DNA of 64,000 bases from Candidatus Dadabacteria bacterium (GTDB taxonomy: Bacteria; Desulfobacterota_D; UBA1144; Nemesobacterales; CSP1-2). Below the pieces are notes generated by a model. The model did no database searches, was not told the DNA's origin, and saw only the letters and a list, made by a program, of their open reading frames with translations. Shown piece after piece: positions 39,784-48,717 of this stretch. A program made the position numbers and the translations under genes. The stretch covers positions 224,001-288,000 of the forward strand of contig CAWDVW010000007.1 in assembly GCA_963805855.1 (NCBI GenBank), written 5' to 3'. Every line of letters starts with the position of its first letter. Position 1 is the first letter of the stretch.

Positions 39784-40165
39784 ATGGAATACAATCCTGA
39801 TTTGCGCAATAGAAGGTCTGTTAGGTTGAAAGAGTATGATTACTCACAGCCTGGGGCTTATTTTGTTACGATAATGTGGTCTTTGTTAAAGGAATTGTAG
39901 GGGCAGACCCGCGTGTCTGCCCGAATTATAAGGGCGAACATAGGGGTTCACCCCTACATAAGATAATCCAATGGTTTAGAACGATGACAATAAATGAATA
40001 CATTAGGGGTGTAAAGACGGGTGAATTAAGGCCATTCCATGGTAAATTCTGGCAGCGGAATTATTACGAACACATTATCCGTGATGAAGATGATTTGAAT
40101 AAAATAAGAGAATATATGCAGAACAATCCATAGAAATGGCATCTGGACATTGAAAATCCAAAAGC
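39784..40165 (+). pseudogene. REP-associated tyrosine transposase (RAYT) remnant
   Basis: 39784-39873 reads MEYNPDLRNRRSVRLKEYDYSQPGAYFVTI; then, in another frame, IIQWFRTMT...WQRNYYEHIIRDE...NNP*KWHLDIENP; central HUH region absent; premature TAG at 40131-40133. Confidence 0.85.
39897..39957. repeat. GTAG-REP doublet inside the RAYT remnant
   Basis: gtag-gggcagac-ccgcgt-gtctgccc ... gggcgaac-ataggg-gttcaccc-ctac. Confidence 0.85.
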
Positions 40166-40200
40166 CGTGGCCAAAGCCAAGCCGAGGGTAAAATTTTAGA

Positions 40201-40228
40201 GTAGAGACGCAAAATGTTGGGTCTCCAC
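40201..40228. repeat. 28-bp GTAG palindrome (degenerate)
   Basis: gtagagacgcaaaatgttgggtctccac, similar to 41301-41328. Confidence 0.75.
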
Positions 40229-40240
40229 ATTTTCTCAAAT

Positions 40241-41140
40241 ATGAAAACTACAGATAATTTCCATTCAGGTTTTATTTCGATAGTAGGTAGTCCCAATGTT
40301 GGAAAGTCAACATTGCTAAACGTCCTAGTTGGAAGAAAAATATCTGCCGTTTCTGAAAAGCCGAATACTACGAGGAACCGAATTGTTGGTATTAAAACCC
40401 TGCCTTGCGCTCAGCTTATATTTCTGGATACCCCTGGTATCCACAGGGCGGCCAAGGGATCGCTTGGGAGAGGAATGGTTCAGGCTTCGATGGCAGCGCT
40501 TGGAGAGGCAGATGTTATCTTATTACTGATAGATGTGAAGTCACCATTTAATCAGCAAGATCTATATGTAATTAATAACCTTCCGAAGCCTGCTATTCTG
40601 GTGTTGAACAAGATTGATTTGATAAAGAAATCGACGATCCTGAACATCATCAATCAGTCTCAGCAGTTTGAAGATAAGTTTGCAGAAGTCTTACCGGTAT
40701 CCGCATTACAAGCGGATGGGATCGATGATCTGATACAAACTACAATAAAATACCTCCCAATCGGTCCAAAATACTTTCCAGACGATATGATTACTGATAG
40801 ATCAGAAGGGTTTCTGATTGCGGAACTGATTAGAGAAAAGGTGTTTGCTCTGACCCGTGACGAGGTTCCATATAAAACAGCAGTCCTTGTCGAGGAGATT
40901 GATGAAGTGCCAGAGAGGAATTTGGTGAGAATTTCTGCCTTGATCTATGTTGAGAGGAAAACTCACAGGGGAATTATTATAGGTAATCAAGGCCAAATGT
41001 TGAAGAGAATAGGGACCCTTGCAAGAGCAGAAATTGAAAGGATACTGGGTGCAAACGTCTATCTCAAGCTTTGGGTCAAGGTCAGTGAAAGATGGAGTGA
41101 GAGAGGCGACCTGATTGATGAGTTTGGATATGCAAGGTAG
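40241..41140 (+). CDS. era: GTPase Era
   Basis: GSPNVGKSTL, DTPG, NKID, KH domain GIIIG. Confidence 0.95.
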   Translation: MKTTDNFHSGFISIVGSPNVGKSTLLNVLVGRKISAVSEKPNTTRNRIVGIKTLPCAQLIFLDTPGIHRAAKGSLGRGMVQASMAALGEADVILLLIDVKSPFNQQDLYVINNLPKPAILVLNKIDLIKKSTILNIINQSQQFEDKFAEVLPVSALQADGIDDLIQTTIKYLPIGPKYFPDDMITDRSEGFLIAELIREKVFALTRDEVPYKTAVLVEEIDEVPERNLVRISALIYVERKTHRGIIIGNQGQMLKRIGTLARAEIERILGANVYLKLWVKVSERWSERGDLIDEFGYAR

Positions 41141-41148
41141 GAAAAAAT

Positions 41149-41200
41149 TGCAGGATGCAAGACACACGATGCAGGATAAATGATGTATCCTGCATGACGT
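41149..41200. repeat. Heptamer tandem repeat folding into a hairpin
   Basis: tgcagga tgcaaga cacacga tgcagga taaatga; atgcaggata (41169-41178) pairs with tatcctgcat (41186-41195). Confidence 0.6.
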
Positions 41201-41300
41201 GCCGTTCATTTCTTTGTCATTTGTGTTGATTTTCAGCTAAATCTTTTTTAACGCGCCAGAAAGAATCGTTTATTATCAGCTGTCATAGAAAGATATTTTA

Positions 41301-41328
41301 GTAGAGACGCAATATTTTGCGTCTCTAC
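41301..41328. repeat. 28-bp GTAG...CTAC palindrome
   Basis: gtagagacgcaa-tatt-ttgcgtctctac (12-bp perfect stem). Confidence 0.85.
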
Positions 41329-41356
41329 ATTTTGGATGATTACGAGGAGAATAAGA

Positions 41357-41863
41357 ATGGATACATTTGAATGTATAAGAAAAAGAAGGAACATAAGGAG
41401 TTTCATGGAGAGGGACGTGAGCGATGAAGTGATCATGAAAATAATTGAGGCCGGCAGATTGGCTCCAAGTGCAATGAACCTTCAGCCCTGGCATTTTATT
41501 GTGATAAGAGATAGGCAGACTATAGAGTCTCTGGGACCTCTCTGTACAAGCGGGAGGTTTGTGGTAGACGCCTCATTTGCCATAGTTGTTGTTACAGATC
41601 CTTCAAATAAATGGCACGAGATAGATGGTGCAAGGGCGGTTCAGAATATGGCACTTGCCGGGTGGAATGAAGGAGTAGGTTGTTGCTGGATTGGCGCTAT
41701 TGATAGGCAAAAAGTAAAGGAGCTAATCAATATTCCCCCGAAGCTTCACGTGCTCACAATACTTCCCTTTGGCTACCCCGAGCAATTTACGGTGAAGAGA
41801 AAGAAGAATCGCAAATCTGTTGACGAAGTTTTTCACAGAGAGAAATTTGGGGTTAAACTTTAA
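41357..41863 (+). CDS. Nitroreductase family protein
   Basis: RRNIRSF, APSAMNLQPWHFIV, GVGCCW, GYP; ATG at 41357 after AGGAG. Confidence 0.9.
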   Translation: MDTFECIRKRRNIRSFMERDVSDEVIMKIIEAGRLAPSAMNLQPWHFIVIRDRQTIESLGPLCTSGRFVVDASFAIVVVTDPSNKWHEIDGARAVQNMALAGWNEGVGCCWIGAIDRQKVKELINIPPKLHVLTILPFGYPEQFTVKRKKNRKSVDEVFHREKFGVKL

Positions 41864-41867
41864 TAGA

Positions 41868-41899
41868 AGAATTCAGGAGACGGGAGTTAGAATGCAGAA
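41868..41899. repeat. Left heptamer-repeat arm of the four-helix-bundle unit
   Basis: agaa-ttcagga-gacggga-gttagaa-tgcagaa. Confidence 0.65.
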
Positions 41900-41918
41900 G
41901 GAATAAGTTGGTCTTGAA

Positions 41919-42293
41919 ATGTGCGATTGTAAGAAACCGGCCAGGACCTTTGAGGATTTATTAGTTTGGAACAAAGCACATGAATTTGTGTTATCCACGT
42001 ACCGATTTAGTGCTTCATTTCCCCAGCATGAACTCTATGGACTTACTTTACAAATGCGTAGATCCGCAGTGTCAATTCCGGCAAACATTGCTGAGGGATT
42101 TAAGAAACGGGGCAAATCCGATAAAGCCCGATTCATGAATATTGCTCAGGGCTCGATTGAAGAGAGCCGCTACTATTTAATCTTAACTAATGATTTAGGT
42201 TATGGAGAAACTAAGGAATTGATGAATAAATTAGCAGAAGTAAGTCGTATATTGCAAGTATACACAAAATCAATTCTGTCTTCTGTCTCCTGA
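41919..42293 (+). CDS. Four helix bundle protein (23S rRNA intervening-sequence protein family, TIGR02436-like)
   Basis: FEDLLVW, FP-x-x-ELYGLT-x-QMRRSAVSIPANIAEG, AQGS-x-x-E. Confidence 0.92.
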   Translation: MCDCKKPARTFEDLLVWNKAHEFVLSTYRFSASFPQHELYGLTLQMRRSAVSIPANIAEGFKKRGKSDKARFMNIAQGSIEESRYYLILTNDLGYGETKELMNKLAEVSRILQVYTKSILSSVS

Positions 42294-42307
42294 CTCCTGT
42301 ATTCTGG
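42274..42307. repeat. Right heptamer-repeat arm (inverted relative to the left arm)
   Basis: ttctgtc-ttctgtc-tcctgac-tcctgta-ttctgg. Confidence 0.7.
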
Positions 42308-43099
42308 TCATTTTCCTTTAAAAACTGGTTTTCTCTTCTCTGCGAATGCCCTTTGACCCTCTTTATAATCAGAGCTTGATTGTACTTCAAGGATCATTTG
42401 CTTCAGGGTTTCTTCGTCGGCCGGGTCGGGCTTTTGATTCCTTTGCCATTTATTTATGGTGTATTTCATCGTTTTCATGGAGAGTGGGGCGTTGGAAGCA
42501 ATATCATTTGCAAGTGAGTAAGTGTATTTTTCAATCCCCGAAGAACTTTTAACCTCATTTACAAGTCCAATACTTAATCCCTTATTTGCATCAATTGGGT
42601 TTCCTATCAGGAACATTTCTTTTGTGTAGCCAATGCCTATAAGGTTCAGAAACTTCCTGATTCCTGTATATGTGTAAATTACTCCCAGCTTAGCGGGAGG
42701 CATCCCCAGTCTTGCATCCTCGACACAAACCCTGTAGTCACAGGTGACTGCTAACTCCAGACCAGCGCCAAAAGCATGACCATTGATCATGGCAATAACA
42801 GGGTAGGGGAAGTTCTCGATGCTGTTGCCGGCAATGATCAACGGATGATCACCCTCATAGTCTCTCATCATGTCATTGTCACCTATTGCTGCGATGTCAT
42901 ATCCCGATGAAAATGCCTTGTCTCCCGCCCCTCGTATAACGACACATCTTACCTTCCCCTCATCATCGAGTCTTTTTAGTTCCTCATCTATTTTCACCAG
43001 CATCGTCGGTGTTAAAAGATTTCTCTTATCCGGTCGGTTAAGGGTTAAAGTACAGATCAAATCATTTTCTTCCACAAGTAGGTCTGAAGGTGATGGCAT
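42308..43099 (-). CDS. Enoyl-CoA hydratase/isomerase family protein
   Basis: LNRPDKRN, AFSSGYDI, GAGLELAVTCD, AFAEKRKPVFKG. Confidence 0.92.
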   Translation of the reverse strand: MPSPSDLLVEENDLICTLTLNRPDKRNLLTPTMLVKIDEELKRLDDEGKVRCVVIRGAGDKAFSSGYDIAAIGDNDMMRDYEGDHPLIIAGNSIENFPYPVIAMINGHAFGAGLELAVTCDYRVCVEDARLGMPPAKLGVIYTYTGIRKFLNLIGIGYTKEMFLIGNPIDANKGLSIGLVNEVKSSSGIEKYTYSLANDIASNAPLSMKTMKYTINKWQRNQKPDPADEETLKQMILEVQSSSDYKEGQRAFAEKRKPVFKGK

Positions 43100-43293
43100 T
43101 TTTTGATCTCCCTATTTCAATGAGGAATGTAGTTAGTATCGTTTCTTGATGAGCTTTGTCAATCCGTGTTCGCCGTTATGGATCCCTTTAGAGTACATTC
43201 TGGAACAAATAGAGTGTTGACAGTTTTAGTTTTGCGGATAAATTAGCGAAAGTAAGAAATCTAAAAATAAGAAGAGACGAGGACGGTTGCATA

Positions 43294-43905
43294 ATGAGAA
43301 TAACAGCTTTAGGTTTTATCTTGATCGGATTTTGTTTCTTTATTTGTTTTCTCGAGCTTTCGTACTCAAACGAGCAAAAAGGGGACGAGCTCAACGAGGT
43401 AAATAGGGAGGCCCAAATAAAGCGAGGGGAATACCTTGTCAATGCTGCAGGGTGCAATGACTGCCATTCACCAAAGATCTTCACTCCGAAAGGACCGGTA
43501 CCGGACCCGGATAGACTATTATCGGGTTATCCCTCCAAAGAAAAACTTCCTGATATTCCCAAAGATTTAATTGGTCCCGATGATTGGGGCGGTTTATTTA
43601 CGAATGACTTAACAGCTTGGACTGGGCCGTGGGGAGCGACGTTTGCGACGAATTTAACTCCCGATGAACAGACAGGAATTGGTTTATGGACCGAGGAGCT
43701 ATTTATCAAAACAATGCGCACCGGAAAACACCTGGGAGCGGGTAGGGATATTTTACCCCCAATGCCCTGGTATAACCTTTCAAAGCTGAGCGACGATGAT
43801 CTCAAAGCTATTTTTGCATATCTTCGAACAATTAAGCCCAAAAAAAATATGGTGCCTGCTCCAATACCACCGACTGATTTGTCTCCGGATAAAACAGGTG
43901 AGTAG
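43294..43905 (+). CDS. Periplasmic c-type cytochrome
   Basis: Signal peptide, RGEYLV...CNDCH, NLTPD-x-x-TG, PPMPW. Confidence 0.88.
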   Translation: MRITALGFILIGFCFFICFLELSYSNEQKGDELNEVNREAQIKRGEYLVNAAGCNDCHSPKIFTPKGPVPDPDRLLSGYPSKEKLPDIPKDLIGPDDWGGLFTNDLTAWTGPWGATFATNLTPDEQTGIGLWTEELFIKTMRTGKHLGAGRDILPPMPWYNLSKLSDDDLKAIFAYLRTIKPKKNMVPAPIPPTDLSPDKTGE

Positions 43906-44099
43906 TACTAGTTAAACATGTTGTGAGGAAGGCAGAAAGTCGATTGCATTGAGGAAAATAGTCACTAACCACTTTTGATTACTGCTAGGTACTTTAATGT
44001 ATCCCAGAGGATTAATTCAACAAGCATGCCGATGGCAAGTTTGTTTCTTCCTCCGTGGTTTAATGGGGTTCTACCTTCCTCAGGTTCTTGCTCTTCTCG

Positions 44100-44176
44100 G
44101 TAGGGATCGCATATATGCGATCCCTACATATTCGTTTAATATCAGTAAAATGTAGAGGAGCACCGTAGTTCTCTAC
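44100..44176. repeat. GTAG...CTAC palindromes
   Basis: Perfect 28-bp palindrome gtagggatcgcatatatgcgatccctac (44100-44127) and degenerate gtagaggagcaccgtagttctctac (44152-44176). Confidence 0.8.
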
Positions 44177-44399
44177 TTTTTGCCATCCTGAATTTATTTC
44201 AGGCTTCAACGTAAATAGTGACAAGTGTTCTTGTAAATGCGTGCCGGTTTTCGTTAGTTAGTATTTGACACATGGCGAATGGATAAGCAAAGTTTAAGAT
44301 ATTTGCTATTTTTTAAAATCAAATAGTTTACATTTTTTCTTCTCTTCATACCATTAACACTGTTTGTTTGCGCCATTTGTTGTTTTAGGGAGGGATTCA

Positions 44400-45197
44400 A
44401 TGAAACTTAAACACAAAGTTGCGATCGTTACTGGTGGAGGGACAGGCATAGGTCGAGCTACCGCGCTTCTGTTGGCCGAAGAAGGAGCTCACGTCGCCGT
44501 GGTTGGAAGGAGGGAAAGCAGACTTCTTGAGACCGTAAATGATATCAGGGAGCACGGTGGGAGCGCTCATCAAATCCCGGGAGATATATCAAAGGTAAGC
44601 GAAACCGAGAGAATCGTTAAAGAGACTGTAGAGCGGTTCGGCGGCCTTGATATTCTTGTAAACAATGCGGGTGTCTACAGGGGTCCAAAAATAACTGAGA
44701 CCACCGAGGATGATTATGATTACGTAATGGATATAAACCTTAAGGGTACGTTCTTTATGTGCAAGCATGCCATTCCTGAAATGAAAAAGAGGGGTCAGGG
44801 GGCCATAATAAATGTGGGAAGTGCCCTCGGGATAAAGGGATGGAAGGATGCATCTACATCTGTTTATTCAGCGTCGAAGGGCGGAGTCGCCATGCTTACA
44901 AAAGCACTGGCTCTGGAGGTTGCAAAAGATCAAGTCAGGGTAAACTGCATATCTCCCGGCATTGTGGAAACGGAGGTATTGGAAACCTTGGGAATCCCAA
45001 AGCACGAGGTGCCCGAGCGTCTGAAACAGTGGAATTCATTTCACCCGCTTGGTCGAAACGGTCAGCCTGAAGAGGTTGCAAAAGCAGTTCTCTATTTCGC
45101 ATCAGATGATTCATCCTGGGCGACGGGCTCAGTTTTCAACCTCGACGGCGGCGTAACCGCCGCACAGGTGATTCACACAAGATGGCAGCCAGGGTAA
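44400..45197 (+). CDS. Short-chain dehydrogenase/reductase (FabG-like)
   Basis: TGGGTGIG, NNAG, YSASK; ATG at 44400. Confidence 0.92.
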   Translation: MKLKHKVAIVTGGGTGIGRATALLLAEEGAHVAVVGRRESRLLETVNDIREHGGSAHQIPGDISKVSETERIVKETVERFGGLDILVNNAGVYRGPKITETTEDDYDYVMDINLKGTFFMCKHAIPEMKKRGQGAIINVGSALGIKGWKDASTSVYSASKGGVAMLTKALALEVAKDQVRVNCISPGIVETEVLETLGIPKHEVPERLKQWNSFHPLGRNGQPEEVAKAVLYFASDDSSWATGSVFNLDGGVTAAQVIHTRWQPG

Positions 45198-45362
45198 AAA
45201 GAACTAATCGGGGTTTTCTGGGTCACTTCTGCATCTTAGGCCTAGAATGGCTCAGTGTCTTGATTGTTTATTCATATTATTTGAATTTATGTAATTCTTG
45301 ATCTGGTGTAAGCTTTAGACCCGATCCAGGATAATCTATGGACTGATGAGTGCCGAACCCTC

Positions 45363-46736
45363 ATGAACTTTGATGAAACGAGAAGGAAATTAATAAATGA
45401 AGTTCACCAATTGCTGCGCCAGCATTTAGAGCGGCTGGTATGGACCAAAGATCACTTAATAAATTTTCAAACAATAAGACTGCGGGAGATATTGAGTATC
45501 GCAAAGCAAAATACTTCTTGGTATAAAGAAAGTCTCAAGAATGTTGACCCGAATGAATTCAAGTTGGAAGAACTTGGGGATCTACCTGTCTTAAGTAAAA
45601 ATGATGTGACGAATAATTGGAACGATGTGGTCGCTGTACCTGGATTGAGAAAAGAGATCGCTGAAGACCATCTTGAAATGTTACGAGAAGGGAAAATCGA
45701 TAATCCCTATTTTGATGATCGCTATCTCTTCATAGCCACCGGTGGCTCGAGTGGTAAAAGGGGTCTATTTATTTGGGATTGGGAGTTTTTAAAGGAAACC
45801 GCCTGTATCAGTTATCGATATCTCGCAGATCAAGAGATCAGGTGCGGATATAACGGACCAATGAAGCTGGCAACTATTGAAGCTCCCACCTTATTACATG
45901 GGAGCGCTCATTTATTCACGATAAATGTCCTTCCTGAAATCGAGGTAAGGACCCTCAGTGCGGTTGAGTCTCTGGTAAGGCTGAATAATATTTTGAACGA
46001 GTATAGACCAAATTATTTGGTAGGTTACGCGTCAGTTATTGCCGAACTCGCGAGGGATCAATTAAAGTGCGATCTGAATATTCAACCACGCTGGGTCAGC
46101 ACAAATTCGGAGCCTCTGGATGAAGATATGCGCTCTATTATAAAGGAAGCATGGGGCATTGAGGCCCGTAATTCCTGGGGTAGTGTGGAGATCGGATGTG
46201 TAGCCGTGGAGGCGGGAAATCGTTCTGGAATGATAATTGGAGAAGATGGAGTCATACTAGAGCTTGTTGACGATAGTTTGCAACATGTCGGAGAGTCAAA
46301 GGATGCGACAAAGGTAGTTGCAACAAGTCTAATTAATCGATCGATGCCCATAATTAGATACGTAATTGAGGATGTTCTGGAAATTGAAGACGATAATATC
46401 GAGTTTCCCGCATACCGAAGGATCAAATCTATTCTTGGCAGGGCAGACAACTGGTTTGTTTACGAAAATTCCAGGATTCACCCTATGGCTTTTAGAGATG
46501 TTATGTCTCAGGTGAAAGAGATCGAGGAGTATCAAATATTGCAAACGAGAGACGGTGCGGCCATTAAACTTATCTGTGAGGATAAGCCTGAAGTAGAGCA
46601 GATTTTGAACAAGATCAAAGAAAATTTAAGAAAACAGGGCTTGAAAACCCCCCATGTTACAGTCGATATCGTAAACAGCTTGCCAAGACACCCCGAAACT
46701 GGAAAGGTAAAGCGTTTTATACCTCTAAAATCTTGA
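45363..46736 (+). CDS. Phenylacetate-CoA ligase-like (ANL/CapK-type) protein
   Basis: TGGSSGKRG, WGSVE, P-x-IRY-x-x-x-D, GRAD, TGKVKRF. Confidence 0.8.
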   Translation: MNFDETRRKLINEVHQLLRQHLERLVWTKDHLINFQTIRLREILSIAKQNTSWYKESLKNVDPNEFKLEELGDLPVLSKNDVTNNWNDVVAVPGLRKEIAEDHLEMLREGKIDNPYFDDRYLFIATGGSSGKRGLFIWDWEFLKETACISYRYLADQEIRCGYNGPMKLATIEAPTLLHGSAHLFTINVLPEIEVRTLSAVESLVRLNNILNEYRPNYLVGYASVIAELARDQLKCDLNIQPRWVSTNSEPLDEDMRSIIKEAWGIEARNSWGSVEIGCVAVEAGNRSGMIIGEDGVILELVDDSLQHVGESKDATKVVATSLINRSMPIIRYVIEDVLEIEDDNIEFPAYRRIKSILGRADNWFVYENSRIHPMAFRDVMSQVKEIEEYQILQTRDGAAIKLICEDKPEVEQILNKIKENLRKQGLKTPHVTVDIVNSLPRHPETGKVKRFIPLKS

Positions 46737-46866
46737 ATATTAATCTGGTAAGACAGCACACATTCATTTCGGTTATATTAATTATATGCACCCGAAACTA
46801 GAAGGGACTGGAGTAAATCAAGAATCTTTGTTAATATTGTTATTTATTAATTAAGGAGAAGGAAAT

Positions 46867-47370
46867 ATGCCTGTATTTGAATATGAATGCGATAAATGCG
46901 TAGATAAATACAATTCCGATATTTCAGATTTGGTAAAGAAATTAAATAAGACAAGTGCCTCAAAATTGCTGAAGAGGAATCCCGGTTTCAAGTACATCGA
47001 ATCCTCCAATAGCAAAGATAACAAGGTGCATTTTTCAATTGGTGAACGAGGTAAACCGAATACAAGGAGATTTCGTTATCCACTTGATAGGGATAAAGTC
47101 TTGTATCTCGAGTTAAAGAATTATCGTTTCAGCGAGTTGATATACAATAAAGAAGAGGAAAAGGATCTGAAGTGTCCATTGTGTAAAAAGGGCGAGAGCG
47201 TGAGAAGAGTTTTTTCAACGTTCAAGGCGATTTTTGATGATAAGAATAAACGGGCGCCACGGCCTGGCGATGAATTAAGGTGGCATTTGGAGTATAAACA
47301 GCAAAAAGATGAGGAGATCAAGAGTGAATGGGTAGGGCAGGATTATTTAGACCAATATTTCCAAAGATAG
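46867..47370 (+). CDS. FmdB-like zinc ribbon protein with a large internal insertion
   Basis: MPVFEYECDKC ...75 aa... RFSELI...KCPLC...RRVFSTF; strong SD. Confidence 0.75.
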   Translation: MPVFEYECDKCVDKYNSDISDLVKKLNKTSASKLLKRNPGFKYIESSNSKDNKVHFSIGERGKPNTRRFRYPLDRDKVLYLELKNYRFSELIYNKEEEKDLKCPLCKKGESVRRVFSTFKAIFDDKNKRAPRPGDELRWHLEYKQQKDEEIKSEWVGQDYLDQYFQR

Positions 47371-47382
47371 GGAGCAATCAAA

Positions 47383-47865
47383 ATGCCTTTATATGAATAT
47401 GAATGTTTGAAATGCAGAAATAATCTTGAAACTTCTTTGAAAAGTCTTGAGAAAAAGGCGACAAAGAAGGCTGTATCTGATTTAGTTAAGAAGTATCCTA
47501 ATATTCATTATCTGCTGGTGATTGATCTGGATAATAAAAAGATGCTAGCCGAATACGGGAAGAAGAAGTCTGGCACCACCGACATGGATTTTTATCTCAA
47601 CGATGGTTCAAAAATGGTGCTGGTAAATATAGACAAGTTCAGGTTTTCAGAGCTTATTTTAGATAAAGATGATGAAAAGAGGCTTAAGTGTTATTGTGGT
47701 GAAACTAAAAAAATAGAGAGGGTTGTTTCTACCTTCGCATATACACATGATCTATCTACAAATATGCCTAAACCAGACCTTTCCGGCTTGCCTCCCGAGG
47801 TTAGAGCAAAGACATTTTTAACTGATTACATAGAAGAAAAGGACAGGCCAAAGGCGAATCGGTAA
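47383..47865 (+). CDS. FmdB-like zinc ribbon protein with a large internal insertion (paralog)
   Basis: MPLYEYECLKC ...75 aa... RFSELI...KCYCG...ERVVSTF; GGAG SD. Confidence 0.75.
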   Translation: MPLYEYECLKCRNNLETSLKSLEKKATKKAVSDLVKKYPNIHYLLVIDLDNKKMLAEYGKKKSGTTDMDFYLNDGSKMVLVNIDKFRFSELILDKDDEKRLKCYCGETKKIERVVSTFAYTHDLSTNMPKPDLSGLPPEVRAKTFLTDYIEEKDRPKANR

Positions 47866-47892
47866 CCATGCATTTTAATAATGAATTTTGAT

Positions 47893-47920
47893 GTAGGGAC
47901 ACAAAATTTTGCGCTTCTAA
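47893..47920. repeat. Degenerate 28-bp GTAG palindrome
   Basis: gtagggacacaaaattttgcgcttctaa; overlaps the hisIE stop codon. Confidence 0.55.
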
Positions 47921-48579
47921 TCGTTATATTCCTCTTTTTTTCGACCAAATCTTCTTCCGAGTTCTTCATAAATATCCTCTGGGGTGATACCAAAATTGGC
48001 AAGTAATACAAGGGAGTGAAACCAAAGGTCCGCTACTTCGTAAGTTATTTCATTGTTATTGTCGTTTTTAGCGGCTATAACCGCTTCGCCTGCCTCCTCA
48101 CCGATCTTTTTTAAGATGCTGTCAATACCGTCCTTAAATAGTTTACTAACGTATGACCCCTCTTTCGGATTTCGCTTCCTATCGTCAACAATTTGATATA
48201 CCTCATCCAACGTTCTACCACCTTTGATACCCTCAAATGCGGGTGCGCCTCTGTTACTTTCTCCGAGGCCTGTGAAGAAGCAGGTTCGCTGACCAGTATG
48301 GCAGGAAACTCCCTTTTGATTGACTAGCACCAGAACGGCGTCTCTGTCACAGTCAAGGAAGATCTGCTTCACCTCCTGAGTGTTTCCGGATTCTTCGCCT
48401 TTTTCCCAAAGCTTGTTTCTGGACCGGCTCCAGAAATGTGCCCTGTTTTTCTCGTGAGTTTTTTCAATTGCCTCTTTATTTGCGTAAGCGAACATAAGGA
48501 CTTGTCCATTTTCGGCATCTTGGACAATGACCGGCACTAAACCTTTATCATCGTACATGATTTTATCAATGTTCATCAC
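47917..48579 (-). CDS. hisIE: Bifunctional phosphoribosyl-AMP cyclohydrolase/phosphoribosyl-ATP diphosphatase
   Basis: WSRSR[11 protein letters not shown], DCDRD, CHTG-x-x-[17 protein letters not shown]. Confidence 0.96.
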   Translation of the reverse strand: MMNIDKIMYDDKGLVPVIVQDAENGQVLMFAYANKEAIEKTHEKNRAHFWSRSRNKLWEKGEESGNTQEVKQIFLDCDRDAVLVLVNQKGVSCHTGQRTCFFTGLGESNRGAPAFEGIKGGRTLDEVYQIVDDRKRNPKEGSYVSKLFKDGIDSILKKIGEEAGEAVIAAKNDNNNEITYEVADLWFHSLVLLANFGITPEDIYEELGRRFGRKKEEYND

Positions 48580-48717
48580 TTCCTCCGCTACTAATACTAA
48601 CCAAGTTTAATCCAAATTCCGAGTTCTACGGTTTAGATTTCTTAGGATTGGCTTTACTAAGTTATAATTGTTGACTATATTTTAATCATATTGTAGTAGG
48701 CGTTAAGGAGAAAAGAT

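Noticed and set aside
41919-42293. Diversity-generating retroelement suggested by the Avd-like fold
   Set aside because: No reverse transcriptase and no TR/VR pair seen in the window
45165-45197. Extra C-terminal residues on the SDR after GGVTAA (CAG where a stop might be expected)
   Set aside because: Probably a trivial stop-codon shift; no evidence of recoding
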